A stretch of 64,000 bases of DNA from NCBI GenBank assembly GCA_008080835.1, contig VMDK01000027.1, positions 1,514-65,513 on the forward strand, in the 5' to 3' direction. Each line of letters starts with the position of its first letter. Positions within the stretch are counted from its first letter, which is position 1. Under the pieces are notes generated by a model. That model had not been told where the DNA came from. It saw nothing but the letters and a program-made list of their open reading frames with translations, and ran no database searches. Of the stretch, positions 48,175 to 56,842 are shown in pieces. Made by a program: the position numbers and the translations under genes. Origin of the DNA: Sphingobacteriia bacterium. GTDB lineage: Bacteria > Bacteroidota > Bacteroidia > NS11-12g > UBA9320.

Positions 48175-49211
48175 TGCAAATCTCTTTTGTGTTCATGGAC
48201 CCGAAGACGAGTGGTCAATTCTGCGATCCAGACTCCCAATAGGATCCATCCGACCACTGCCGGATAAAACACCTTTCGGAGGTTATTGTTCAAGTCGTAC
48301 GTATTGAATCCAACGCTGTCACCACTGCCCGGATGGAGCGAAAAATCGGCCACCTTCGGCAACACGATGATCAATACAATGAATAGCGGATATGCGAGTA
48401 TGTTGTATACCGCAGATATACGTGAGCGTTTGTCCTGATCTTCGATCGCTGATCTAAGGATCATGTACGCGAGGTACATGAGCAATGCGATCACTGCTCC
48501 ATTTAACTTGGGATCGGAAGTCCAGTATACTCCCCAGGTATGACGAGCCCAAAATGCCCCGGTTGCCACTCCCATGAGCCCGAACAGGATACCGGCTGCA
48601 GTGAACCCGTATGCCTGGTGATCGTATGCCTGGTTTCCGGTATTCAACAGCATGATGCTGTAAATGAAAGCCACTAAAAGCAGGGCGATCATTGTGAACC
48701 ACATTGGAACATGGTAATTCAGGTTTCGGATGGTCTCGTACAGGATCCCTCTGTACGGGAAGCTGAAATAGGTTGCGTTCAGCTTGTCCGGTCGATTTGT
48801 ACATTCCGGCGTGATCTCTTGTTCGACGGTCTGACTGAGTCTCAGGGCTTTTACTCCCAAAAACATCCCATCAATTAAGTTCTCCACCACAACTGTGGCA
48901 ACTGCTTCTTCATCATTTGATCGATGAATCGGTGCGAACGAAGCTTTCAGGAGATCAGCATCCATAACCTCGACCGATGAGGCACAATACAACATTGAAT
49001 CCACCTTCAGCCAGACCTTGTTCTGGTCGGCTTCGGAGACATGTGTATTGTATCCCTGCACAACGATCTCGAAGGCATCATCTGTGCGCATGACATCCGG
49101 GACAATTGCCGAAACACCGGGACCTGTAGGCACTGATGTACCTGCAATCACAGCATAGCCGAGGAGTAAAACTCCCAACCATTTCCACCAGGATATCTTC
49201 GTCAAGGACAT
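48171..49211 (-). CDS. ccmC: CcmC/CcsA-family cytochrome c biogenesis (heme export) protein with N-terminal periplasmic extension
   Basis: 346 aa. WWD-type motif WARHTWGVYWTSDPKLNG and conserved His-containing TM segments. Confidence 0.6.
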   Translation of the reverse strand: MSLTKISWWKWLGVLLLGYAVIAGTSVPTGPGVSAIVPDVMRTDDAFEIVVQGYNTHVSEADQNKVWLKVDSMLYCASSVEVMDADLLKASFAPIHRSNDEEAVATVVVENLIDGMFLGVKALRLSQTVEQEITPECTNRPDKLNATYFSFPYRGILYETIRNLNYHVPMWFTMIALLLVAFIYSIMLLNTGNQAYDHQAYGFTAAGILFGLMGVATGAFWARHTWGVYWTSDPKLNGAVIALLMYLAYMILRSAIEDQDKRSRISAVYNILAYPLFIVLIIVLPKVADFSLHPGSGDSVGFNTYDLNNNLRKVFYPAVVGWILLGVWIAELTTRLRVHEHKRDLQ

Positions 49212-49330
49212 TGAGGCGCAAAGATACGATTAAAAACAGGGAGGGGCGAACAACCGGAAGTCAAGACTTTTGTCAGCATCTGACTACACGAAGGTCATGA
49301 AGATCGGTTCCATGACAACGGCATAAAGCC

Positions 49331-49338
49331 TACCTTTG
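49331..49338 (+). promoter_or_regulatory. Putative -7 element TACCTTTG upstream of fumC
   Basis: Exact TAnnTTTG match 20 nt upstream of the ATG at 49358. No clear -33 TTG. Confidence 0.25.
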
Positions 49339-49357
49339 CGGAGCAAATTCAACAAGA

Positions 49358-50758
49358 ATGGAATATCGTACGGAAAGAGACAGCATCGGAGAGGTTCAGG
49401 TACCTGCCGAGAAATATTGGGGAGCTCAAACACAGCGCTCGCTTCAGAATTTCATCATCGGAAATCAAAAAATGCCCATCGAGATCATCCGGGCATTTGG
49501 TGTTCTGAAAAAATGTGCCGCTCGAGCCAATGAGCGACTCGGCGTGCTCGAATCAGAAAAGGCTGACTTGATCGCCCGAGTTTGTGATGAGATCGCCGAA
49601 GGTCAGCTAGACGACCAATTCCCGTTGGTGATCTGGCAAACCGGTTCCGGGACCCAGAGCAACATGAATGTGAACGAGGTCATCGCCAACCGCGGACATG
49701 TGCTGAGCGGAGGAAAACTTACCGATGAGAATAAAGTCCTCCATCCGAACGATGACGTCAATAAGTCACAAAGTTCCAACGATACTTTCCCAACTGCCAT
49801 GACCATTGCGGTCTACAAGCAGATGGTTGATTTCGCGATCCCAGGACTCCAGGTCTTGAAAGACACTTTCAAGAAGAAGGCACGTTCGTTTCGGGAGGTC
49901 GTGAAGATAGGGCGGACACATTTCATGGATGCAACGCCCCTTACTCTTGGCCAGGAGTTCAGCGCATATCATCGTCAGCTAATGTTGAGCATTGCAGCGA
50001 TCGAGAAAGCCATGGGAACCGCCTCTGAACTTGCTTTGGGAGGAACTGCTGTGGGTACAGGACTAAATACACCTAAAGGTTATTCCGAGTTGGTTGCAGA
50101 CATCATCGCCAAAGAGACCGCACTTCCACTGGTCACAGCTGTGAACAAATTTGAAGCGCTTGCAGCGCATGATGCCATGGTCGAATTACATGGTGCGCTC
50201 AAACGCGCTGCCGTGAGTTTGATGAAGATCGGAAATGATATTCGCATGTTGAGTTCCGGACCCCGTTCAGGTATTGGTGAGATCATCATCCCGTCCAACG
50301 AACCGGGATCTTCCATCATGCCTGGTAAGGTGAATCCTACTCAAGCTGAAGCGTTGACCATGGTATGTGCCCAGGTAATGGGTAATGATGTGGCGGTTTC
50401 TGTTGGGGGCAGTAATGGACATTTCCAACTGAACGTCTTCAAACCGATGATCGCTGCGAATCTGCTTCAATCGGCGAGAATACTTGGCCAGGCTTGTCTT
50501 TCATTCAACAATAACTGCGTAGAAGGAATCGAGCCTAATCACGAAGAGATCAAGAACAAACTCAACAATTCGCTGATGCTTGTCACAGCATTGAATACGC
50601 ATATCGGTTACGACAACGCCGCCAAGATCGCCAAGAAAGCGCACGCCGAAGGAACCACGCTGAAAGCAGCAGCACTATCACTAGGACTTCTCACCGAAGA
50701 GCAATTCGATGCCTGGGTGAAGCCGGAGGATATGGTTGGGGACGTGGACGTTTATTAG
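49358..50758 (+). CDS. fumC: Fumarate hydratase class II
   Basis: 466 aa. [13 protein letters not shown] signature and an aspartase/fumarase N-terminus. Confidence 0.95.
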   Translation: MEYRTERDSIGEVQVPAEKYWGAQTQRSLQNFIIGNQKMPIEIIRAFGVLKKCAARANERLGVLESEKADLIARVCDEIAEGQLDDQFPLVIWQTGSGTQSNMNVNEVIANRGHVLSGGKLTDENKVLHPNDDVNKSQSSNDTFPTAMTIAVYKQMVDFAIPGLQVLKDTFKKKARSFREVVKIGRTHFMDATPLTLGQEFSAYHRQLMLSIAAIEKAMGTASELALGGTAVGTGLNTPKGYSELVADIIAKETALPLVTAVNKFEALAAHDAMVELHGALKRAAVSLMKIGNDIRMLSSGPRSGIGEIIIPSNEPGSSIMPGKVNPTQAEALTMVCAQVMGNDVAVSVGGSNGHFQLNVFKPMIAANLLQSARILGQACLSFNNNCVEGIEPNHEEIKNKLNNSLMLVTALNTHIGYDNAAKIAKKAHAEGTTLKAAALSLGLLTEEQFDAWVKPEDMVGDVDVY

Positions 50759-50853
50759 GAGTAAGTTTTCCCGCCTGTGACAGGAAAACAGGTTTCGGTT
50801 TAGGGCATCGGGTTTCTCGCTAGAGGTGGGTAAGCCGGTGTCGACCCTATACA

Positions 50854-50928
50854 CTGTCGCGGATTTGCAATCCGTGACAACTTCAAAGCACGGGTTCTGT
50901 GCAGTCACGGATTACAAATCCGCGACAG
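50854..50928. repeat. 75-nt nested palindromic element (two 25-nt arms, each itself a hairpin, one mismatch) downstream of fumC
   Basis: ctgtcgcggatttgcaatccgtgaca (50854-50878) versus gtcacggattacaaatccgcgacag (50904-50928). Each arm contains gtcgcggatt / aatccgtgac self-complementarity. No T-tract follows. Confidence 0.6.
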
Positions 50929-50992
50929 GAGCTCGAACAAGTGTAATGGCATTTACTTTATAAAAGCGGGCCATAATGCGATCGTACCCGGA

Positions 50993-51193
50993 TTGAAGTT
51001 CACCATTCTCACCATGCTTCTCGGCTGGTGGGGTATCCCATGGGGACCGATCTATACCATCGGTAGCATCTTCCGCAATCTCAGTGGCGGCGTCGACGTC
51101 ACCCAGGAAGTGATCGAATCCATGGCTACTCCGGAAGAGGAGACCGCGGAGGAGATCGTGGAACAGGTTGAAAGGAGACTTGAGGACAGTTAG
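50993..51193 (+). CDS. Small hypothetical membrane protein (TTG start), doubtful
   Basis: 66 aa. Hydrophobic N-terminus (LLGWWGIPWG), acidic tail. Overlaps the extended 3' end of the adjacent four-helix-bundle pseudogene. No supporting motifs. Confidence 0.25.
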   Translation: MKFTILTMLLGWWGIPWGPIYTIGSIFRNLSGGVDVTQEVIESMATPEEETAEEIVEQVERRLEDS

Positions 51194-51563
51194 GGGATAG
51201 GAGATAGGTGTTCGGGATTGACTTGAGGTAACGCATGTAACCCGAGATCATCTTCTCTAATTCCTGCAATTCATTAACATGGTGATTCATTTCATTATTC
51301 GAAAACCCATAATTCCCTAGAAGCATCAATTGTGTTTCAAGCTAATAGCAAGAGCCAAGAGCTATTCTGAGGTAATTCAGGAAAGAACGGTTAGTCTGTG
51401 CACATCCCTCCGCAATATTGGATGGAATAGAAATGGCACTTTTTTGGATCTGCCTGCCTAGAGCAGAGAATTCTAGATTTTTTGAGGAAGAAGTAAGTTC
51501 AAAAGCGGATCTGGCAATTCCCAATGATCTTTGCCAAATCTCCAGATTGCGAAAATTTCTCAT
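51126..51563 (-). pseudogene. Four-helix-bundle protein gene (23S rRNA intervening-sequence protein family) interrupted by an in-frame TAG
   Basis: The N-terminal part MRNFRNLEIWQRS...IPSNIAEGC...LGSCY stops at TAG (51342-51344). The same frame continues LETQLMLLGNYGF...ELEKMISGYMRYLKS. Family members read ...GSCSELETQL... there, so a sense codon has become amber. The C-terminus then runs on past the expected end. Confidence 0.5.
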
Positions 51564-51673
51564 TCCGCAATGAATTAGATTTCATTGACATGCTAGAAAA
51601 AAATATGGTCCGCGTTAAAATTCTCTCTCCCAGCGCCCCTATCTCCCATCTCCTAGAACCTATCTCCTAAAAC

Positions 51674-52210
51674 CTACCACTCGTTCTTCCACATCATGCT
51701 CTCAATAGGCTTGATGGTGCGTTCGTTGTACTTGGCGTTCTTCTTTTTGTTGTAGAAAGTTTCGATCTCGCCTTCTACCTGGAAATAGATGAGCTGGCCG
51801 ATAGGCATGCCGCGGTAGATGCGTACAGGCTGCGCGCAAGAGATCTCCAAGGTCCAGGTATTGCAGAACCCGACGTCACCTTTACCGGCAGTAGCGTGAA
51901 TGTCGATCCCCAGACGTCCGGTACTGGACTTCCCTTCGAGGAATGGTACGTGAGCATGCGTTTCTGTGTATTCTTCTGTCACACCCAGATAAAGCGTATT
52001 TGGTTGAAGTACGAATCCGTCAAGCGGGATCTCGAAGTACTGGATCTTATTGTGTTTTCTGGCGTCAAGAACCCTGTTGTCGTACGTCGCGAGGTATTTC
52101 CCAAGGTGTACGTCATAAGAGTTGGTTCCTAGACATTCAGGACGGTAAGGTTCGATCAGGATCGTGCCTTTGTCGATCTCTTCAAGTATTCGCTTATCAC
52201 TCAGTATCAT
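51674..52210 (-). CDS. dcd: dCTP deaminase
   Basis: 178 aa. MILSDKRILEEI...GTNSYDVHLG, dUTPase-like fold signature. Confidence 0.9.
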   Translation of the reverse strand: MILSDKRILEEIDKGTILIEPYRPECLGTNSYDVHLGKYLATYDNRVLDARKHNKIQYFEIPLDGFVLQPNTLYLGVTEEYTETHAHVPFLEGKSSTGRLGIDIHATAGKGDVGFCNTWTLEISCAQPVRIYRGMPIGQLIYFQVEGEIETFYNKKKNAKYNERTIKPIESMMWKNEW

Positions 52211-52225
52211 GTGGCAGAAAATGGG

Positions 52226-53116
52226 CTAATCCGAGCCAACGTGAAAGAGCATGATGGCACGGTCATCGCCGCACGAAATAAAATGATTTGAGTCAATCCA
52301 CAAAACTTTGTTAACCGCATTCGTGTGGGCATCCTGCTTCTCCTTTTTGACCACTTTCAGCAAGTCGAGTTCGGTCGACCAAATGCGGATCGATTTATCC
52401 AAACTTCCACTCAACAAAAGTGTCTCATCCGGAGAAATGGCAAGGGTTTGAATGGTGTACAGATGTGCATTTACAGTGGCGAATTCCCGAGGATCAGCCA
52501 GATTGGTCTTACGTATCGTAGCATCCCTTCCTGTTGAAAACATGTATTCCTCGGCAAATGCCAGATCGAACACGGAGTTCGCATGACCTTCAATGACATC
52601 GATCGAATTCAGCGTTGCGGGTTCCAGGATGTGGATCTTGTTGTCGCTGCAAGCAGCAAATAACGAATCCCCGCGTGAGTGCAAATTGCGAATGGATGTC
52701 TTATCGGGTAGCAATTTTCTTCTCGAATCCTCATTCAACAAGAGATCACTTTTAACCAATTCCCCATTCCCTCCTCCGGAGTATATGTGTTGCTCCTGGC
52801 CTGTAAAAGCAAATGTCCCTAACGAATGCAATGTCGACTGTGCGGCCACTTCTCTGTCTGACTCTGAGAGGCAGTACACTTCTCCGGTAGAGGTGCCACA
52901 GTATATCTTCCCTTCATAGATGTAGATGGAGTAAATGGCTTGTGGCAACTGCGCTATCAGTTCGCCGTTTGAATCGATCGGCCAATTCCAGCGGATCACG
53001 TAGCCATCGGCTCCGGCAGAGTAGATCGACCCGGTTTCACGATCGATCGCCAGCGAGTATACCGAGTCCCGGTGTCCTTCAAAATGCGCTACTTTTGTGA
53101 CTTCCAGCTTGTTCAA
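52226..53116 (-). CDS. WD40/beta-propeller repeat protein (start uncertain)
   Basis: Multiple WD-like repeats (HFEGHRDSVYSL, GHANSVFDLAF, AHTNAVNKVLW). The ORF is open to 53377, but the upstream 87 codons overlap the divergent PPTase gene and have no WD character. A TTG at 53116 gives a plausible N-terminus. Confidence 0.5.
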   Translation of the reverse strand: MNKLEVTKVAHFEGHRDSVYSLAIDRETGSIYSAGADGYVIRWNWPIDSNGELIAQLPQAIYSIYIYEGKIYCGTSTGEVYCLSESDREVAAQSTLHSLGTFAFTGQEQHIYSGGGNGELVKSDLLLNEDSRRKLLPDKTSIRNLHSRGDSLFAACSDNKIHILEPATLNSIDVIEGHANSVFDLAFAEEYMFSTGRDATIRKTNLADPREFATVNAHLYTIQTLAISPDETLLLSGSLDKSIRIWSTELDLLKVVKKEKQDAHTNAVNKVLWIDSNHFISCGDDRAIMLFHVGSD

Positions 53117-53731
53117 TTGGCTATTGTATTCAAAAAAGATCTGCCTTCGGGGAAACTCGCTGTTTGGGAAATGATCGAATCTCCCGATGAGCTTTATCCT
53201 CAGCTTCGTTGCGAAGTTCCCATCTTTCACAACAACAAACAACGCAATCTCGAATGGGTTTCGAGTCGTATCCTGTTGCAATCCATGGTTGAAGAAAATT
53301 TCAAGATCGAGAAGGACGAATTCGGCAAGCCACATCTGTCCAATTCTGATGAGCAGATCTCTCTGACCCACTGTCAAAAGTTTACAGCTGCTATCGTTTC
53401 AGATCGTCCGACCGGAGTGGATATAGAACATGTCAATCCGAGGATCGAGCGCATTGCAAGCCGATTTCTGAATGCGAGCGAAGCAAAGTTCCTTCGACCG
53501 TATAACTCCGAAGAACGATTGCAGTATCTCTATGCCATCTGGTGTGCCAAAGAGGCTGTTTACAAAGCGTACGGAAGGCGTGCTGTGGATTTCGCGGATC
53601 ACATGAATGTACTACCGTTCAAGTTTGAGGAGCGGAAGCTATCGCTCACTCTGAGCAAAGAGTCAGAAGTAAATTACACAGTAGCCTTCGAGTTGTTCGA
53701 TGAGCACGTATTGGCTTACACGGTCGATTGA
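53084..53731 (+). CDS. 4'-phosphopantetheinyl transferase (Sfp/EntD-type)
   Basis: KLAVWEMIESPDEL N-terminal signature, GVDIE, and WCAKEAVYKAYG (WxxKEAxxK). The start is ambiguous (ATG at 53072, ATG at 53084, or TTG at 53117). Confidence 0.7.
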   Translation: MRYFCDFQLVQLAIVFKKDLPSGKLAVWEMIESPDELYPQLRCEVPIFHNNKQRNLEWVSSRILLQSMVEENFKIEKDEFGKPHLSNSDEQISLTHCQKFTAAIVSDRPTGVDIEHVNPRIERIASRFLNASEAKFLRPYNSEERLQYLYAIWCAKEAVYKAYGRRAVDFADHMNVLPFKFEERKLSLTLSKESEVNYTVAFELFDEHVLAYTVD

Positions 53732-53829
53732 GTTTGTCAGAATGATTAGAGTTTCCTTAACTCGTAATTCTTTCTTGAACCACGGAGACACGGAGGGCAC
53801 AGAGAAGGATCACAAAGAAAAATGGCGTT

Positions 53830-53885
53830 CCCTGAGCCTGTCGAAGGGAGGCATTTTGCTATCGTGCCCTTCGACAAGCTCAGGG
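53830..53885. terminator. Strong hairpin (19-bp arms, 1 mismatch, 18-nt loop) in the convergent gap between PPTase and dsbD; likely bidirectional terminator
   Basis: ccctgagcctgtcgaaggg (53830-53848) and cccttcgacaagctcaggg (53867-53885). Confidence 0.5.
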
Positions 53886-53912
53886 TCCGACACTCAAGAC
53901 AAAAAGAAAACA

Positions 53913-56144
53913 TCATTTTAATAAGCGATGGCGCATACGCTTTTTGTACTCGGCTAGCCCATCTTTCAGGAAGTCGACATATGCTTGCTTATCCAGATTG
54001 TACGAATCGCGCGGTGCAAGCATGTCCCCTTTGTTGTCAAGCAACGCGTAAAGTGGTTGTGCATTGGCCTTGAAATAACACATCTGAATATCGGCATTTT
54101 TCTTGGCCAAAGTCGTTACCTGTTTGTTGGTGACCTTGGACCAGTACCACTCATCTTCCGGAAGATCCAGAGTCTTGTCGTCCACGTAAAGCGAAATGAT
54201 CACGTATTCCTCGCGCAATATCTCGAGCACGCGCGGATCTGACCACACCCGAGCCTCCATTTCCCGGCAGTTCACGCATCCATGTCCGGTAAAGTCAATA
54301 AAGACTGGTTTGCCCAACTTACGGGCACATTCCATTCCCTGCTCGTAATCAAAATATCCTTTTAGGCCATGTGGCAAATGCAGTCGCTCTGAATATCGAG
54401 GTTTCTCACAGAGGTCCATTTCCTTATCATTGACCTCATCGATCATCTCAGATATACTGAAATCATGGGTGCTCATAGGCGGCAAATAACCGGCCAACAT
54501 CTGCAAAGGCGCTCCGAACATCCCCGGGGTCAGGTAAACCACGAATGTGAATGTGATTATGGCAAAAAGCAGTCTGGGTACCTTCAGGAAAGGCATATCG
54601 GAATCGTGCGAGAATTTGATCTTTCCGAGCAGGTAGATCCCCATCAAAGTGAAGATCACGATCCACAATGCGATGTAGATCTCACGATCGAGTATACCCC
54701 AGTGGTACGTCTGGTCGGCCACACTCAGGAACTTTAGTCCAAATGCCAGCTCGACAAAACCGAGGACCACTTTCACACTGTTCAACCAACCACCTGATTG
54801 AGGCAATCCGGTCAGCCAGTTCGGGAAGATCGCAAACAGTCCGAATGGAAGTGCAAACGCCAATGAGAAGCCCAACATACCAACCAACGGCATGATCACT
54901 TCTCCACCGAATGCGGCCACGATAATGGATCCTACGATCGGTCCGGTACAACTGAAGCTGACCAAGACAATGGTAAAGGCCATGAAGAAAATACCGGCCA
55001 ATCCACCTTGGTCTGATTTCTTATCGACGCGATTCACCAACCAACTTGGCAAAACGATCTCGAATGCTCCAAAGAATGATGCAGCGAAGATCCAGAACAC
55101 AAGGAAGAACAGTACGTTGGGTATCCAATGGGTGGAAAGGAAGTTTGCCGCTTCAGGGCCAACTGTCAATGTGAGGATGGCACCAATGACCGTGTAGATC
55201 ACGATGATGCTCAAACTGTAAATGATCCCGTTCCTGCGACCGACTCGTTTAGGTTGTCCTTCTTTCATGAAGAAGGATACGGTCATTGGGATCATCGGGA
55301 ACACACAAGGAGTGAGCAAAGCCAGTAACCCTGATATGAACGAGACCAGGAAAAAGGCCCAGTATTGTCCACCCTCCGGTTCTTCCTGTCCTGGGAATAT
55401 TTTCTCTTCGCAGGGAGTCTGATCCTCCGGTCCGCTTCCTCGGTATGAGGTATAGTTCACACTATCCACCGGAATCGGATCGTAATTTGAACCTTTAACA
55501 ACCCCTCGCAGCTCACCGACCAATGTCAGCAGACTATCGCAACACAGACCTCCACCCATTGCTGGGGACTCGTCTGCAATTGTATCATCCGGTCCTTCAT
55601 CAGGCACCGTTTGAGTCGCTGTTTGCTGAGGGGTATCGGTTGTTACCGGAACAACAACAGCATCACCGCTCACGTTGAATCCTTTGATATTAAAATCGTA
55701 TTCCTGGAGCACGCAGAGACCGGCTTCAGTACACATTTGGTACTCCAAAACCCCTTTGATAACAGGATCTTTACCTAGTATCTTGATCTTCTGGTGGAAC
55801 TCAGCCGTTTTGCTAAAATCGGCCAGATCGCAATTGAATACGTCGTCGAAATACTTGTGATCGCCTACCGCCTTGGCCAGTCCGACCACCTCAAAACTTG
55901 GATGTTTTTCAAACTTAAACTCTGAAGGAAGTGGTCCGAATTTACAGACGTAGTTATTGCTGTAGACGTGGTAAGTTTCTGGGATGACCGCCTTAAAGAC
56001 GATCTCAGTCTCCTCACCTGTTTTGACATTCTTATTTGGGATCTCGTATGACCAGTCGGCCGGAGGGATGATCTGTGCGATACTTTGAGCCTGAATGAAC
56101 AGAGCTCCGAATAGAACGAATAGTATTCTCAGGTATGCCTGCAT
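53913..56144 (-). CDS. dsbD: Thiol:disulfide interchange protein DsbD (protein-disulfide reductase)
   Basis: 743 aa. N-terminal periplasmic nDsbD-like domain with CTEAGLC. Central TM domain with TPCVFPMIP. C-terminal thioredoxin-like domain with GHGCVNC. Confidence 0.8.
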   Translation of the reverse strand: MQAYLRILFVLFGALFIQAQSIAQIIPPADWSYEIPNKNVKTGEETEIVFKAVIPETYHVYSNNYVCKFGPLPSEFKFEKHPSFEVVGLAKAVGDHKYFDDVFNCDLADFSKTAEFHQKIKILGKDPVIKGVLEYQMCTEAGLCVLQEYDFNIKGFNVSGDAVVVPVTTDTPQQTATQTVPDEGPDDTIADESPAMGGGLCCDSLLTLVGELRGVVKGSNYDPIPVDSVNYTSYRGSGPEDQTPCEEKIFPGQEEPEGGQYWAFFLVSFISGLLALLTPCVFPMIPMTVSFFMKEGQPKRVGRRNGIIYSLSIIVIYTVIGAILTLTVGPEAANFLSTHWIPNVLFFLVFWIFAASFFGAFEIVLPSWLVNRVDKKSDQGGLAGIFFMAFTIVLVSFSCTGPIVGSIIVAAFGGEVIMPLVGMLGFSLAFALPFGLFAIFPNWLTGLPQSGGWLNSVKVVLGFVELAFGLKFLSVADQTYHWGILDREIYIALWIVIFTLMGIYLLGKIKFSHDSDMPFLKVPRLLFAIITFTFVVYLTPGMFGAPLQMLAGYLPPMSTHDFSISEMIDEVNDKEMDLCEKPRYSERLHLPHGLKGYFDYEQGMECARKLGKPVFIDFTGHGCVNCREMEARVWSDPRVLEILREEYVIISLYVDDKTLDLPEDEWYWSKVTNKQVTTLAKKNADIQMCYFKANAQPLYALLDNKGDMLAPRDSYNLDKQAYVDFLKDGLAEYKKRMRHRLLK

Positions 56145-56280
56145 GCGCTGGTTGTCGGTAATTTTATAACCTTCGGAAATCAGGTGTTGTGGCTTCCCAA
56201 CTGATTGAACACCGAATGATGCGCCAAAGTTGTGAAAAATCTTTTAGACCCGAGTTCAAAGCTGATGAAAAGCACTCTTT

Positions 56281-56742
56281 TTACTCAATTCGGATAGTAA
56301 AGGGCTCTTTTTGCAAAATACACATCCCGTTTTCAAGGCAAACTTGGTACTCAAGGATCACACTAACCGTTCCGCTCGAGCCGGTCATCGCTACTTTTTG
56401 CTCAAAACGAGCGTGCTTCTTGAAGTAGTTAAGCTCGCACATGAAAATGTCGTCGTACTCCGTAACCACCCCTTTTGAAATGAGGCTCCCCTCCAAGTTC
56501 AATCCTGTAGCCTCCGTGCTGTCCAACCTTGAAGGATTGGGACCGAATTCACATTCGAAAGTGGAGCCATAAATGTGCAGCCCTTCTTTGATATCCGTCA
56601 TGAACATCAATCGCAATGTATCTCCGGCCTCCGCATTATCCATGCTTGCACTGATCTTCCAGTCGAATGTCGGAAGATCCTGAGCATTTGACAAGAACAC
56701 GGAACTCAGCATCAAACCGAGCACTAAGAATATTGAACGCAT
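56281..56742 (-). CDS. Stand-alone DsbD N-terminal-domain-like periplasmic protein
   Basis: The ATG at 56742 gives the signal peptide MRSIFLVLGLMLSSVFLSNAQ. Sequence parallels the N-domain of the adjacent DsbD (DWKISAS.., IYGSTFECEFGPNPS.., CLENGMC as a C-x5-C pair). 153 aa. Confidence 0.55.
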   Translation of the reverse strand: MRSIFLVLGLMLSSVFLSNAQDLPTFDWKISASMDNAEAGDTLRLMFMTDIKEGLHIYGSTFECEFGPNPSRLDSTEATGLNLEGSLISKGVVTEYDDIFMCELNYFKKHARFEQKVAMTGSSGTVSVILEYQVCLENGMCILQKEPFTIRIE

Positions 56743-56842
56743 ATGTGAAGTTATTATCAATACAGTATTATCGGGCAGATGTGCACAAGTGTATAAAATG
56801 AACGCAGTTGCAGCAGCACCTCCGGTAATTTTGTAGCAAGTT

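Noticed and set aside
51187-51678. Treating the inverted-repeat-flanked four-helix-bundle cassette as a defined mobile_element feature
   Set aside because: The terminal repeats are only about 12 bp, no transposase or integrase is present, and target-site duplications are not evident. It is reported as a finding rather than an annotated element.
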